From IMG/VR virus record IMGVR_UViG_3300044556_000176: DNA of 46,067 bases; one strand, written 5' to 3'. The DNA comes from a virus. The position numbers were made by a program, and so were the translations under genes. The notes under the pieces are model-generated. The model saw only the letters and a list, made by a program, of their open reading frames with translations, searched no databases and was not told the DNA's origin. This document shows, in pieces, positions 23,858 to 33,473 of this stretch (position 1 is the first letter of the stretch; each line of letters begins with the position of its first letter).

Positions 23858-24172
23858 CTAACAGATCTTTTCTTTTATCTCGTCGATGCGTTTCCACATC
23901 GTAGATCTTTCCTCTTCCAACTTTATGAGTCGTCGCTCATGGTCAGACATCATGTTCTTTGTTTGACGCAATTCTGCCTTGATATCGGCGACGTCGCTAC
24001 GCATCTCCTTGAGGTTCTCATCGATGCGAACGATACGCTCACGCTCGTCGCCGACACTTTTGGTTTTGCCTGAAAAAATGGCGTACAAGACTCCTGCAAA
24101 TGAGGCTATTCCAAAAAGCAGATAGAATGCGTCGCGTAGCGGAATGTTAGAATCTAGCACGCCATCTCCCAT
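23858..24172 (-). CDS. Membrane-anchored coiled-coil protein in the lysis cassette (104 aa)
   Basis: TM segment FYLLFGIASFAGVLYAIF, followed by heptad-rich LKEMRSDVADIKAELRQTKNMMSDHERRLIKLEEE. Confidence 0.6.
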   Translation of the reverse strand: MGDGVLDSNIPLRDAFYLLFGIASFAGVLYAIFSGKTKSVGDERERIVRIDENLKEMRSDVADIKAELRQTKNMMSDHERRLIKLEEERSTMWKRIDEIKEKIC

Positions 24173-24177
24173 CTGAC

Positions 24178-24615
24178 CTACTTGTACGAGTCGACAAGCA
24201 CCTTGACCTCAGCCATGTAGTCCATGGTCTTGGTGCGCTGCCAATCGTAGAATTCCTGCAGTTCTGGTGACAGATCTCCATGCTCAGAACGATAATTCGT
24301 CATGATGCGAGTCATCTGGTTGTAGAGCTTCTGGTAGTGGTCGAGTTCAGTGCGAGCTAGAGATGCGTAAACGTCTGCCAGCTCTTTGTCCTCGTCCTTC
24401 AAGTAGAACATGTCCTTTTTCTTGTCCATCAGGAGAGCCTTCGAACCGAGCGGAATGGTGCAGTTCTTAGCCTCTTCGATTCCATCGACGAATCGGACAC
24501 CTTGAATACCCTGCTGTCCTTGGGCAACCTGAGGCGTTTGTGGTTGCCAGTTTGGCGTAGGGGGCATTCCCTGCCAAGGGTATTGATATTGCCCCATTAA
24601 ATAAGGTTCGAACAT
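24178..24615 (-). CDS. Hypothetical protein with a Q/P/W-rich N-terminus (145 aa)
   Basis: ORF with an AAAGGAGAAGAC ATG RBS. An AGAGTTATAAT -10-like box lies at 24642-24652 on the minus strand upstream. No family recognised. Confidence 0.6.
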   Translation of the reverse strand: MFEPYLMGQYQYPWQGMPPTPNWQPQTPQVAQGQQGIQGVRFVDGIEEAKNCTIPLGSKALLMDKKKDMFYLKDEDKELADVYASLARTELDHYQKLYNQMTRIMTNYRSEHGDLSPELQEFYDWQRTKTMDYMAEVKVLVDSYK

Positions 24616-24663
24616 GTCTTCTCCTTTCTGTAGATAAAATCATTATAACTCTTTAAAAACCCA

Positions 24664-27552
24664 TCAAAACCAGCAATAAGGATAACAGACATAGAAATTA
24701 ACAAATTCGTTATTTCCTACAGGTCCATTAGTGTAGATCCATAGATTGTTGTCTGTTGTTTCTTTTGCACTATATCCTGCCATCCATATAGATGCGGTGT
24801 TATTGGAAGGACTTCCTCCTACTGTAGACAGCGTAGCTGGAAACCAAGTTGCAAATTCAGGACAATATTTCGATGGAATGTGCAAAGACCATGATCCTGT
24901 TATTCCCGAGACATTACCGTAGAGGAATACCATTCCAGCAAACACCCTATATTTTATGCGACCGTAAGTATGGTCATCGTAAAGCGTTTTCCAGTCTTCA
25001 AAGCGCATAGCTTTGTATACGTCTTGACTTTTTACGGAATCTCCGTTTCCACCGAAAAGATACTTGTAAGCATTTAAGACCAGGACACTATCTTCATATG
25101 TCCCCTTCACATTTTGTATATAAAGTCCCGAATTGATTCCATTTGGCGTTCCTGTGCCAGCGACTACGCCTATCCACTTTTTGCCGTGAATATTGATGCC
25201 TGCATTTACATGGTCTACAGAAGGTGCTACTGGCTCAATCCATCCTCTCGTGCTATACAGATACACTCTCGAATCGAGACTATTTGTACCGAGGTACGTA
25301 GTCTTAGAATTGAATACAATGCTACCGTTCGCTGTCAAAACTGCATCGTCATCCGTCAACGTAAGGTTTGCGAGGTTGTTGCCTACGACAGATCCACTGC
25401 TTCCCCTCAGACCGACCAACTCGCCAAACAGCGCCAGAACAGACGAATTGGAAGACGACACTGTGCCTATCTCGCCGAGTCCTCCGCACATGCGAATAAC
25501 AGACATTTGTGAATTCGAGCCAAGACCGATCTCGTCAGACCTGAAAAATGCCGTCTCGACCTTACCTTGACGGATATGGAAACCGTTTCCATCGATTAGG
25601 ATGTTCGGTCCAGTGGTGGCATCATTCGGCTGAGTCGTAACGTGAGCACCACTGCTGTCTGTCCAGAAGTAATAGTTGATCTTTTCAACTTTGTTTACAG
25701 CTTCATTCGCAGTCTCGTTCGCACCGTTAATTGCTTTGGCGAGTATGGGGGTGGTAGTCGTGATAGTATTGTCGGTCCACGTCACCTGTGAACGCGTCCA
25801 GAGGTATTTCCCCTCAGACCACTTAGGCTGATTCGTACTCCAGGATCCACCACTCTGTGTAGTGCTACTGGTGGACAGATAATACTGCTCTACGACAGCC
25901 TTAACACCGATTCCAGGGTCTCCCTTTGCACCGTCTGCTCCATCCCTGCCATCAGCGCCTTGAATCAGGCTCCAAGTGTAGTCTGAAGCCACGGAGGACT
26001 CAGTCGGGACTGCCTTGTTGTACGCTAAGCCGATATACTTCTTGCCAGACGGATTGTCAGACATTCCTCCTCCAGAGGCATTGTCTGCATACTTAATCCA
26101 CGTATATAACGTGGAACCGTCTTCACCTGCAGGACCAGGGATGCCTTGTACACCCTGTGGACCTTGTTCGCCAACGATTTTAGACCATGTGTAGTCAGAA
26201 TAGTTCGAAGACTCTGAAGGTGTAGTCTTGTTGTATGCGAGACCTATGTAGTCCTTACCGTCGGGAAGGTCAGACATGCCACTGGTGGGAGTATCTGCAT
26301 ACTTGAGCCATGTGTATCGAGGCTGACCATCCGCTCCAGGCTTACCTTGCAGACCCTGCGGACCAGTTTCACCCTTCATAGAGATCGAATAGCTGACCGT
26401 AGATTTGCCATCGGTATAAGTGATGGTCGTTCTTGTCCACAGATACTGACCAGCATCCAGAGATGGCGGTGAAGTCAACCACGATCCTGTGGGCGCTGTT
26501 GTGCCAGAATTGGAGGCTTGGTACCTTACTTCAGATCCAGATACTCCGACACCGTTTGCTCCGTCTTTACCGTCTGCTCCAGGAGCGCCTGGAGCGCCAT
26601 TGGAACCAGCTGCTCCGTCAGCGCCTTGTCGGCTTACAGAGTACCCGTAAGACACCGTAGAGTCTGTATATGTAAATTGGGTGCGAGTCCACAGATACCA
26701 GCCTTCTTGCACACTAGGAATGGCCGTAAGCCACTCTCCTGTGGGGACTGTAGTACTCGACTGCGACGATTGATATTTGACTTCAGTAGAGGCTATTCCC
26801 CTTCCAGAAGTTCCGTCTCTGCCGTCTTTGCCGTCGACACCGTTTCTGCCTGCTGCACCCTGAATACAAGTCGGATCTGAATATGAAGAACCATCAGAGG
26901 TATACGTCACAGTGCGCTGCCACATGTACATACCCTCTTGCCATTCTGGTGCCGTAGTGGACCAACCAGACTCAGGAGGCGTTGTTTGCGAATTTCCGAG
27001 GGCGTACTCGACGTCTACGCCTTGGATCGGAATCTGCGAGCCGACAACATTTATCTCGTCCGACTTTTCAGACACATTGTGATTTGGCGTGCCGTCTTCG
27101 TTACAAGTCTCATCCTCCGCAGTGGCATATACGGTGCCTTGAACACCCTCTCCGAGGCTTTTGTACGACAGATCGCCCTTTGACGTGAGTTCGCCTATCA
27201 CATGGACTTTGCCCTCTGTCTCCAGATACGCACGGACGCAGTAGAAATCTGACGGCAATCCACCTTCAAGTTCCCCACTCCAGGAGACATATAAGATACC
27301 TCCGACAGATACGGCTGAGATACCAAGAGGTCTTCCTGGTGCCACAGTGTCTCCGACATTCTTTGCGACAGAATAGCCGTCCTTGTTTAGGATTCCATAT
27401 ACGTCTTTTGAACCGTTTGAACGGTGAAAAGATATGGCGCCTGTTGGAGCGGTATTTTGACCGTTTATCTTTTTGTGAGCCTGAACAACGGAGCGAGCCA
27501 TGTTTTCATAGACGGGACTCATGCCAGGAAGAACAAGTCTGTTCATTTTCAC
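24664..27552 (-). CDS. Tail fibre / receptor-binding protein with collagen-like segments (962 aa)
   Basis: Last and largest tail gene. It has five G-X-Y runs and two families of internal repeats, then a non-repetitive C-terminal ~360 aa. GAGGGTG RBS. Confidence 0.8.
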   Translation of the reverse strand: MKMNRLVLPGMSPVYENMARSVVQAHKKINGQNTAPTGAISFHRSNGSKDVYGILNKDGYSVAKNVGDTVAPGRPLGISAVSVGGILYVSWSGELEGGLPSDFYCVRAYLETEGKVHVIGELTSKGDLSYKSLGEGVQGTVYATAEDETCNEDGTPNHNVSEKSDEINVVGSQIPIQGVDVEYALGNSQTTPPESGWSTTAPEWQEGMYMWQRTVTYTSDGSSYSDPTCIQGAAGRNGVDGKDGRDGTSGRGIASTEVKYQSSQSSTTVPTGEWLTAIPSVQEGWYLWTRTQFTYTDSTVSYGYSVSRQGADGAAGSNGAPGAPGADGKDGANGVGVSGSEVRYQASNSGTTAPTGSWLTSPPSLDAGQYLWTRTTITYTDGKSTVSYSISMKGETGPQGLQGKPGADGQPRYTWLKYADTPTSGMSDLPDGKDYIGLAYNKTTPSESSNYSDYTWSKIVGEQGPQGVQGIPGPAGEDGSTLYTWIKYADNASGGGMSDNPSGKKYIGLAYNKAVPTESSVASDYTWSLIQGADGRDGADGAKGDPGIGVKAVVEQYYLSTSSTTQSGGSWSTNQPKWSEGKYLWTRSQVTWTDNTITTTTPILAKAINGANETANEAVNKVEKINYYFWTDSSGAHVTTQPNDATTGPNILIDGNGFHIRQGKVETAFFRSDEIGLGSNSQMSVIRMCGGLGEIGTVSSSNSSVLALFGELVGLRGSSGSVVGNNLANLTLTDDDAVLTANGSIVFNSKTTYLGTNSLDSRVYLYSTRGWIEPVAPSVDHVNAGINIHGKKWIGVVAGTGTPNGINSGLYIQNVKGTYEDSVLVLNAYKYLFGGNGDSVKSQDVYKAMRFEDWKTLYDDHTYGRIKYRVFAGMVFLYGNVSGITGSWSLHIPSKYCPEFATWFPATLSTVGGSPSNNTASIWMAGYSAKETTDNNLWIYTNGPVGNNEFVNFYVCYPYCWF
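25753..27009 (-). repeat. In-frame modular repeats inside the fibre gene
   Basis: Four copies of W(S/L)T..P....(E/A)G.Y(L/M)W.R(T/S)..T(Y/W)T(S/D) at aa 196-222, 273-299, 357-383 and 570-596. Two copies of YTW(L/I)KYAD..GMSD.P.GK.YIGLAYNK..P(S/T)ESS..SDYTWS at aa 413-459 and 483-530. These are separated by G-X-Y runs at aa 232-252, 310-336, 394-410, 461-479 and 532-548. Confidence 0.9.
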
Positions 27553-27559
27553 CCTCTCA

Positions 27560-28735
27560 TTAGTAGGATACGGATCTCATAACGCTGAATGTCAGAGACA
27601 CTTTGTCTGTGCTGTCGCCTTCCATGCGAAGAATCCTTGTCGTATAGATACCGTCTGGTAAGCTGGGGTGATCTCTGATGTCTATGTCGATAAGATCTCC
27701 TGGCCATACCATCCCCATAAATTGGTCTTCAAAATCGTTAATGTGCACAGACCCCTTCATTTGGCACAGAGGGTATTTTGAAGATTCGAGAGTCCCTTCT
27801 GAGTGCCTTCTTAGAAGATCTATGTTGTCCCAACTGGTGTCTGAGACAACAGACTCTATGATAGGCCACGGGTCTCTCGTCTGGCAGAGAGACAGGTCTT
27901 GTGCGAGATGGCAAAGTGTCGAATCGTCTTGACCTGCTCCAGTTCCATATACTCTCATCGATGGTCCGATATTCGAGACCTTTAATCCTTCAATCAGACC
28001 TCTGCCATTTGAAAACCAGGTGAGTGTTCTTTTCGCGTTGCTATTGACCAGCTCATGCTCGCTGTCTGTTCCAGCTTCGAACCTCAGCCTTATGTTGTTT
28101 CTCTTTTTATAGGGAACAAACCTCATCTCGATACCGTCTTGAACATTGGTTATTTCGTTGAGGAGTTTGTCCGCTGCATTGTTAGACACATTATAGCCAT
28201 AGTAAGTCCTCTGGTGGTTTCCCGCCTCACCATCGTATTGAGTGTCTATCGGCAGTCCTCCAGAAGGCTTTTCTCGTGTGCATTTCCGTATAATGTCTGC
28301 AGCTATCCCCCTGAGGGACATATTGTTGTAAGAGATGGTGTCGTTTGTGGTTCCTCCGTAGGATTTGCCAAACACATTTTCTCTCACAAGATATCGACTT
28401 GACAATATGTCTTGGATAGACAAGAGGCTAAAATCGGTACAGTCTTCAGAGTCGACTCTGTACCCTATTGTGCCAAAAATGACAGGCGTATCGTCCCACA
28501 TTAGGACGATAGACCTTTTCATTGGATACAGAATGCTGTTTCGTCCCTCTGGTGTGTCAGAAGGAACGGAAGCCCACGGAAGACTTATCTGCGACAATCC
28601 GTCCTCGCCAACGTTTCTTCTTGTGTTGGTAGACAATGAGGAATCTGACACACTCATGTGCCACGAAAAATTCTGGATTTCTATGGGGGTAATCATGAGT
28701 CCAGATATGGTGTCACAGATGTAAGAATTCCACAT
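27560..28735 (-). CDS. Tail/baseplate protein (391 aa from MWNSY), possibly the hub (Tal-like)
   Basis: Its position lies between the Dit-proximal genes and the fibre. The ATG at 28733-28735 overlaps the upstream stop (TAATG). The track start is a GTG at 28783. The assignment rests on position only. Confidence 0.55.
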   Translation of the reverse strand: MWNSYICDTISGLMITPIEIQNFSWHMSVSDSSLSTNTRRNVGEDGLSQISLPWASVPSDTPEGRNSILYPMKRSIVLMWDDTPVIFGTIGYRVDSEDCTDFSLLSIQDILSSRYLVRENVFGKSYGGTTNDTISYNNMSLRGIAADIIRKCTREKPSGGLPIDTQYDGEAGNHQRTYYGYNVSNNAADKLLNEITNVQDGIEMRFVPYKKRNNIRLRFEAGTDSEHELVNSNAKRTLTWFSNGRGLIEGLKVSNIGPSMRVYGTGAGQDDSTLCHLAQDLSLCQTRDPWPIIESVVSDTSWDNIDLLRRHSEGTLESSKYPLCQMKGSVHINDFEDQFMGMVWPGDLIDIDIRDHPSLPDGIYTTRILRMEGDSTDKVSLTFSVMRSVSY

Positions 28736-29634
28736 TATTCTGCCACTCCAGAATCGACAACGAGCAGTCTTTGTCCTGGCCACGAACCTGCTGCGTAATC
28801 AAGCCAGATGTCTGAGGCGGGGACTGTGTCAGAACCCCACAGTCTGGCAGAGATCGAGTGAAATCCTGCAGACACCTTGACGAAATCTTCGAAACAGCTC
28901 GTTGTTGGAGTATCGGGATAATTCGTGAAGCGGAATGCCCTCTGGACAACACCATCAAGTGTCCAATCAACATACCCAGATCCAATCCAGTCGTGAGTCC
29001 TTGGATTCCATGCCCATGTGGTTTCCGTTAACTTCACAGACAAAAGTCTGTCTGTCGGCACATAGATTTGTCCACTGGCAAACGTATATGCAGAACCTGA
29101 ATGTATTCCTTTGTATGACGTATCCGTCTTGTCAAGAAGAACACCAAGAGAAGCTCCAGACGGTACGGCATATCTCCGTTCGGAGGTCATGACGGCATTC
29201 TGAGTGCTTGTCGCCCCAGCAGGAAGCATCATATATGCGATTATTGTCGCATCAGACGGAATACTCGGTGGCACGGGAGAGGACGACGGAACTCCTTGAG
29301 ACACACCAATCGTAACGAGATTGTCTCCATCTCCACTCTGGATGTCATGGGACGTCAGCCAGATAGCGTCTATGCGCGACTGACTAGAAGTGTTCGATTG
29401 GACAGAAGGCGTGTTTCCTCCTGAACAGTATGCTATGGTGTAACCATCAGATTCCCCCTTGCTGCAGATAGCCACGCCACTGTCCACAACATAATAGAGA
29501 GACGATGTGCCCTTAACACTGAGACCGTCAATGATGCCAACATTAACAAAAAGGCTACCGATGATCTTTCTCATCTCTAGTGCTGAAGTTCCGACCCCAG
29601 CATTGCTTTGAGGCACTCCCAACGCTACAGACAT
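28735..29634 (-). CDS. Tail/baseplate protein (299 aa), function unassigned
   Basis: AGGAGGTTAAA ATG RBS. Lies between Dit and the 391-aa protein. Ser/Gly-rich. No family recognised. Confidence 0.55.
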   Translation of the reverse strand: MSVALGVPQSNAGVGTSALEMRKIIGSLFVNVGIIDGLSVKGTSSLYYVVDSGVAICSKGESDGYTIAYCSGGNTPSVQSNTSSQSRIDAIWLTSHDIQSGDGDNLVTIGVSQGVPSSSPVPPSIPSDATIIAYMMLPAGATSTQNAVMTSERRYAVPSGASLGVLLDKTDTSYKGIHSGSAYTFASGQIYVPTDRLLSVKLTETTWAWNPRTHDWIGSGYVDWTLDGVVQRAFRFTNYPDTPTTSCFEDFVKVSAGFHSISARLWGSDTVPASDIWLDYAAGSWPGQRLLVVDSGVAE

Positions 29635-29643
29635 TTTAACCTC

Positions 29644-30516
29644 CTAAATGTACGAATCATGAACTACGACTTCGCACGTTCCTACACCATACGCCAAAAA
29701 AGACAGAGACAAATCGCTCTTTGGTGGAACAGAAGGGAACCCTCTCTCAGACAGATTCCTTGTTACATCGACTCCGTTTGAAGACGCCGTTCTCTTGCTA
29801 CAATTCATTATAATAGGCGATCCCCAGTTTACTGGTTCAGAATAAGATAGTTTCTCTCCTGTCTCTTGATTGGTGATCGAAAATCCGTTTGGGAAATTTC
29901 CGGACACAGTGATAATAGGATAAGAAACTATGGTGCCACTGTTGTGTGTTGTACACGTATTGTTTACTACAGTTTGCTTACCCCATTTCAAGGGAAAAAC
30001 AAGAATGGAATCCTCAAATTGCAATCCACCAGATGGGTCTGGCGACGGCTCCATGTAGCCTGAGGAGACCTCTCTAGACAGGCGTACAGGATCCTGACAC
30101 ACCACAGTGACAGAGACCTTAGCGTAGTTCACGTCCCACGATTTGTCAACGTCGAATTTGACGTAACCATCGCAATATGTACAATCCTGTGCATCATACA
30201 CATAGATTCTCACAATTTTCTTAGAATAGTAGAGAAGCTTTTTAATGCCGTCTACCACCTCAGTTCTGTCTTTCCCAATAACATAAACCGAGAAAGAAAC
30301 TGTTCTGGAATTGTACAAAACTCCAGAGTCAACCACTCTGTGAGACCCGTCTCCAGTCGTTCTTTCAGACGAGCTTACCTTTGCAGTCGGATTCGAGAAC
30401 CACCCTTCAATTCCTTCATCCGTTATGTAAAAATCGGATTTGATAGAAGGATCTCCTTGTATGGCAATGGAGTCGTCTCCGTACTCTAGGATTATTTGTC
30501 GAGCTTTATTGGGCAT
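29644..30516 (-). CDS. Distal tail protein (Dit-like)
   Basis: Immediately downstream of the tape measure gene with an 11-nt overlap. At 290 aa, the size and position are typical of siphovirus Dit. Confidence 0.6.
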   Translation of the reverse strand: MPNKARQIILEYGDDSIAIQGDPSIKSDFYITDEGIEGWFSNPTAKVSSSERTTGDGSHRVVDSGVLYNSRTVSFSVYVIGKDRTEVVDGIKKLLYYSKKIVRIYVYDAQDCTYCDGYVKFDVDKSWDVNYAKVSVTVVCQDPVRLSREVSSGYMEPSPDPSGGLQFEDSILVFPLKWGKQTVVNNTCTTHNSGTIVSYPIITVSGNFPNGFSITNQETGEKLSYSEPVNWGSPIIMNCSKRTASSNGVDVTRNLSERGFPSVPPKSDLSLSFLAYGVGTCEVVVHDSYI

Positions 30517-32809
30517 ATTGACTCCAATTCAATTCATGCATGACATTTCTGTTGAAAACTGTAGCTGCAGAATCAAAATCTTCGTCTGAACGAACGATTA
30601 TGTTTTTTACGTTTACAACAGGAGCTTCATTCACAACTGGACGAGGGTCTATAATCGACTTAGACCCATTAGAGGGCAATGTGCCATTGAAGTCTGCAAT
30701 CTTCAGCTCTGGTACGACTGGAATAGTGTAATCGCCACTGAGTGAGTCTGCAATCTCCCCTCCGATATCGCTCACTCGGTTAAATACACCCGTAACACCA
30801 TTGTTAATGCCCGTAAGGAGCGAATTCATAATAGCCTGACCGTTCGGTATCAACAGCTTAAGGTCATACGGAATCGGTCCCTTAAGGCTGGCAATGGTAC
30901 TACCAATACCGCCGACAAAGTCGAACACACCTTGAACACCACTGGTGATACCGTCGAGAAGACCCTTCATGATCGACTTGCCAGCATCAAGTAGGAGCGT
31001 GCCGAGGTCTCCGAGAGCACCAAGAATTCGTCCAGGCAGTCCTTGCATGAATCCAAGAACGCCACCGATACCAGAGCTCACACCGCTCTTGATGCTATCC
31101 CAGGCGCCACTTAGAAATGAGCTAATGGCATTCCAAGCGCCACTCCACACACCTTGAATGACTCCAAGGACGGAAGAAATTACACCCTGAACAGCCTGAA
31201 TAGCTCCGGAAATAACACCATTAATGCCGTTCCAGATGGAGCTTGCAATCTGCTGAAGACCGCTCATTACACCGCTCCAGTCGCCCTGAATGATGCCAAG
31301 AACGACCTGAATGATGCCCTGAATAACGCCCATTACCGTCGAAATAACAGCTTGAATGGCGTTCATGACACCTTGTATAGTGTTCTGAATAGATGGCCAT
31401 ACCGTGTTAACAACACCCATGATGAAATTCATGGCATTGACGATGATAGGCTGAAGCGCAGCCACAACCTGTGTGAGCAGATTGCAGATATTCGTAATTG
31501 CGGGCATCATGATTGCGGCAATGTTCGTAACCTGCTGAACAATCATCGTGCCGATTTGAATAATGATCGGGAGGATGGTGTTCAACACAGGAGTGAGCAC
31601 TGCAGTGAGCGTAGAACCCACCTGAGAGAAATACCCCACCATAGCAGTCACCATGGGCAGCACGTTAGACGCTATGGTGTCTCCTAGATTCTGGAGCGCA
31701 GACACAAACGGAGCAATATTCGACTCAACCGTAGAACCTACATTCATGATAGCCGTCTGGACTGTATCGAATAGACCAGCCACAGAATTCGCTATCGGAT
31801 TGAGCTGCTCGAACGTGAAACCCATCTTCTGGCCGATAAGCTGGATGGCATTCCACATTACGTCTCCAGCAGTAGCTGCCTGACCAGTCTCATTCTCGAA
31901 GTCTGCTATCCAGCCCTGCAATTCGGAAAAAGTGTTACCAATCGAACCGATAGCATTCGGTATAGTGGATATCGCGTCGGTGAGACCGTTGATCGCTGCT
32001 GTTGCTGCAGGCTTAATCAGATTGAGACCCTGCGCCATCAAGTTAACACATGCGGCTTCAAGGTTTCCGAATGCACCTTCCCACGTTGTGGTGGCTGTAG
32101 CTGCCTCACGTGCGACATCGGTTAGACCGAGGTTCAGAATAGCGTCATTGAACTCGTCTGCGGTGATCTCTCCAGCAGCCATTGCGTCTCGGAAATTGCC
32201 TGTGTAGGCTCCTGCTTCGAGAAGTGCTTGCTGGAGCTTACCAGAAGCTCCTGGGATAGCATCAGACAGCTGGTTCCAGTTCTCGGTAGTAAGCTTACCC
32301 TGACCAGCAGTCTGGGTAAGAACCATACCGACAGATTTATATGTATCGGCGGTACCACCAGCAACTGCGTTCAAGTTGCCAGCAGCTTCAGCCAGCTTCT
32401 CGTAGTTCGGGACGCCATTGGAAGCTAGCTGTGCCGTGATGTTTCGAATGTCAGACAGACCGTACACAGTTTCGTCTGCGTACTTCTGTGTAGAAGCGGT
32501 GAGCTCTTCAATTTTTGAAGCGTCAACACCTGCGAAGTTCAGAGTCGACGTGAACTTCTGTGTAGAGTCGGAAGCCTCAATGGCTTCAGAAGACAAATCG
32601 CTCAGAGCGCTAATAGCAGTCTGAGCCATGTCTGCAATGATATTACCGAAAGCTGAAGACTTAACCGACTGGAAGAAAGTGGAAAACTTGCCTCCCGCAC
32701 CTTCAGCAGAATCTCCAAGACCTCCGATGTCGGATTTAGCCTTGGAGGTGGCAGAGCCCAGCCCAGACGCATCGCCAGTAATCTTGACCATCAATGTATC
32801 CAGAAGCAT
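30506..32809 (-). CDS. Tape measure protein (767 aa)
   Basis: Follows G/GT. Long helical Ala/Gly/Ile-rich sequence with repeated GVIQG/WSG motifs. The ATG at 32807-32809 lies 8 nt after AAGGAGG. The track GTG at 32818 lies inside that RBS. Confidence 0.85.
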   Translation of the reverse strand: MLLDTLMVKITGDASGLGSATSKAKSDIGGLGDSAEGAGGKFSTFFQSVKSSAFGNIIADMAQTAISALSDLSSEAIEASDSTQKFTSTLNFAGVDASKIEELTASTQKYADETVYGLSDIRNITAQLASNGVPNYEKLAEAAGNLNAVAGGTADTYKSVGMVLTQTAGQGKLTTENWNQLSDAIPGASGKLQQALLEAGAYTGNFRDAMAAGEITADEFNDAILNLGLTDVAREAATATTTWEGAFGNLEAACVNLMAQGLNLIKPAATAAINGLTDAISTIPNAIGSIGNTFSELQGWIADFENETGQAATAGDVMWNAIQLIGQKMGFTFEQLNPIANSVAGLFDTVQTAIMNVGSTVESNIAPFVSALQNLGDTIASNVLPMVTAMVGYFSQVGSTLTAVLTPVLNTILPIIIQIGTMIVQQVTNIAAIMMPAITNICNLLTQVVAALQPIIVNAMNFIMGVVNTVWPSIQNTIQGVMNAIQAVISTVMGVIQGIIQVVLGIIQGDWSGVMSGLQQIASSIWNGINGVISGAIQAVQGVISSVLGVIQGVWSGAWNAISSFLSGAWDSIKSGVSSGIGGVLGFMQGLPGRILGALGDLGTLLLDAGKSIMKGLLDGITSGVQGVFDFVGGIGSTIASLKGPIPYDLKLLIPNGQAIMNSLLTGINNGVTGVFNRVSDIGGEIADSLSGDYTIPVVPELKIADFNGTLPSNGSKSIIDPRPVVNEAPVVNVKNIIVRSDEDFDSAATVFNRNVMHELNWSQYAQ

Positions 32810-32827
32810 GTCTGCCACCTCCTTTCG

Positions 32828-33429
32828 TTATCGAGAAATCGTTCCGTTTTCCCCGTAGACCTCATGGAATTTCTTCTTGTCTGGTTTAGGGTCGGAATCA
32901 GGATTGTAGAACAACACTGCTTGGCTATAGAAAAAGGCCACTTGTGGCAGTGTCAAGCAATCGAGCAGGTAGTCTAGCGTCCAGTGATAAACTAGGCAGA
33001 CCTGAGCGAATATTCTCCCCAGATCTACTTCTTCTTCATCGCTCGACGCTGGGCTCGATTCGGAGTAAAATTTGCAGGCGTCTCGCCGTCTGCCACCTCA
33101 CTGTTGTCGCCACGAATACACTCAGCAACAAAGTCAAGAATCGCAGAGAACTGAGCATTGGTGACGTTGTCCATCACCCAGTCGAAGTCTGCAGGCTCAC
33201 CGTTCTGGTCATTGCCGAGAACGTCAAGCAGAGCCTTCATCTCCTTCTCGTATGCCTCATACTTCTTGGAAGGGTCGTTCTTGATCTCGTCAGAAGTAGC
33301 CCACGCACCGATGCGAATGAGCTCGGTAGTCTTACGTGCAGGCACCTGAGAGATGTCGAACTGACGTCCCGCAATCTCAAGAATCTGCTCCTCAGGGACA
33401 ATCTTGTCCAGATTGAGGTACTTAGCCAT
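32828..33429 (-). CDS. Tail assembly chaperone GT, predicted -1 frameshift product (about 200 aa)
   Basis: The -1 frame stays open from the slippery site to the TAA at 32828-32830. It reads ..DEEEVDLGRIFAQVCLVYHWTLDYLLDCLTLPQVAFFYSQAVLFYNPDSDPKPDKKKFHEVYGENGTISR and ends 9 nt before the TMP RBS. Confidence 0.6.
33025..33429 (-). CDS. Tail assembly chaperone G (134 aa)
   Basis: Position between the major tail and tape measure genes. Acidic protein ending AQRRAMKKK. Confidence 0.75.
   Translation of the reverse strand: MAKYLNLDKIVPEEQILEIAGRQFDISQVPARKTTELIRIGAWATSDEIKNDPSKKYEAYEKEMKALLDVLGNDQNGEPADFDWVMDNVTNAQFSAILDFVAECIRGDNSEVADGETPANFTPNRAQRRAMKKK
33067..33073 (-). other. Candidate -1 slippery heptamer A_AAT_TTT
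   Basis: The minus strand reads GCA AAT TTT in the G frame, which fits the X_XXY_YYZ pattern. It lies 39 nt upstream of the G stop codon. Confidence 0.5.
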
Positions 33430-33473
33430 AGCCGTTAGCCTTTCTCTTTAAACCAATAAAATCGTTTATAAGA

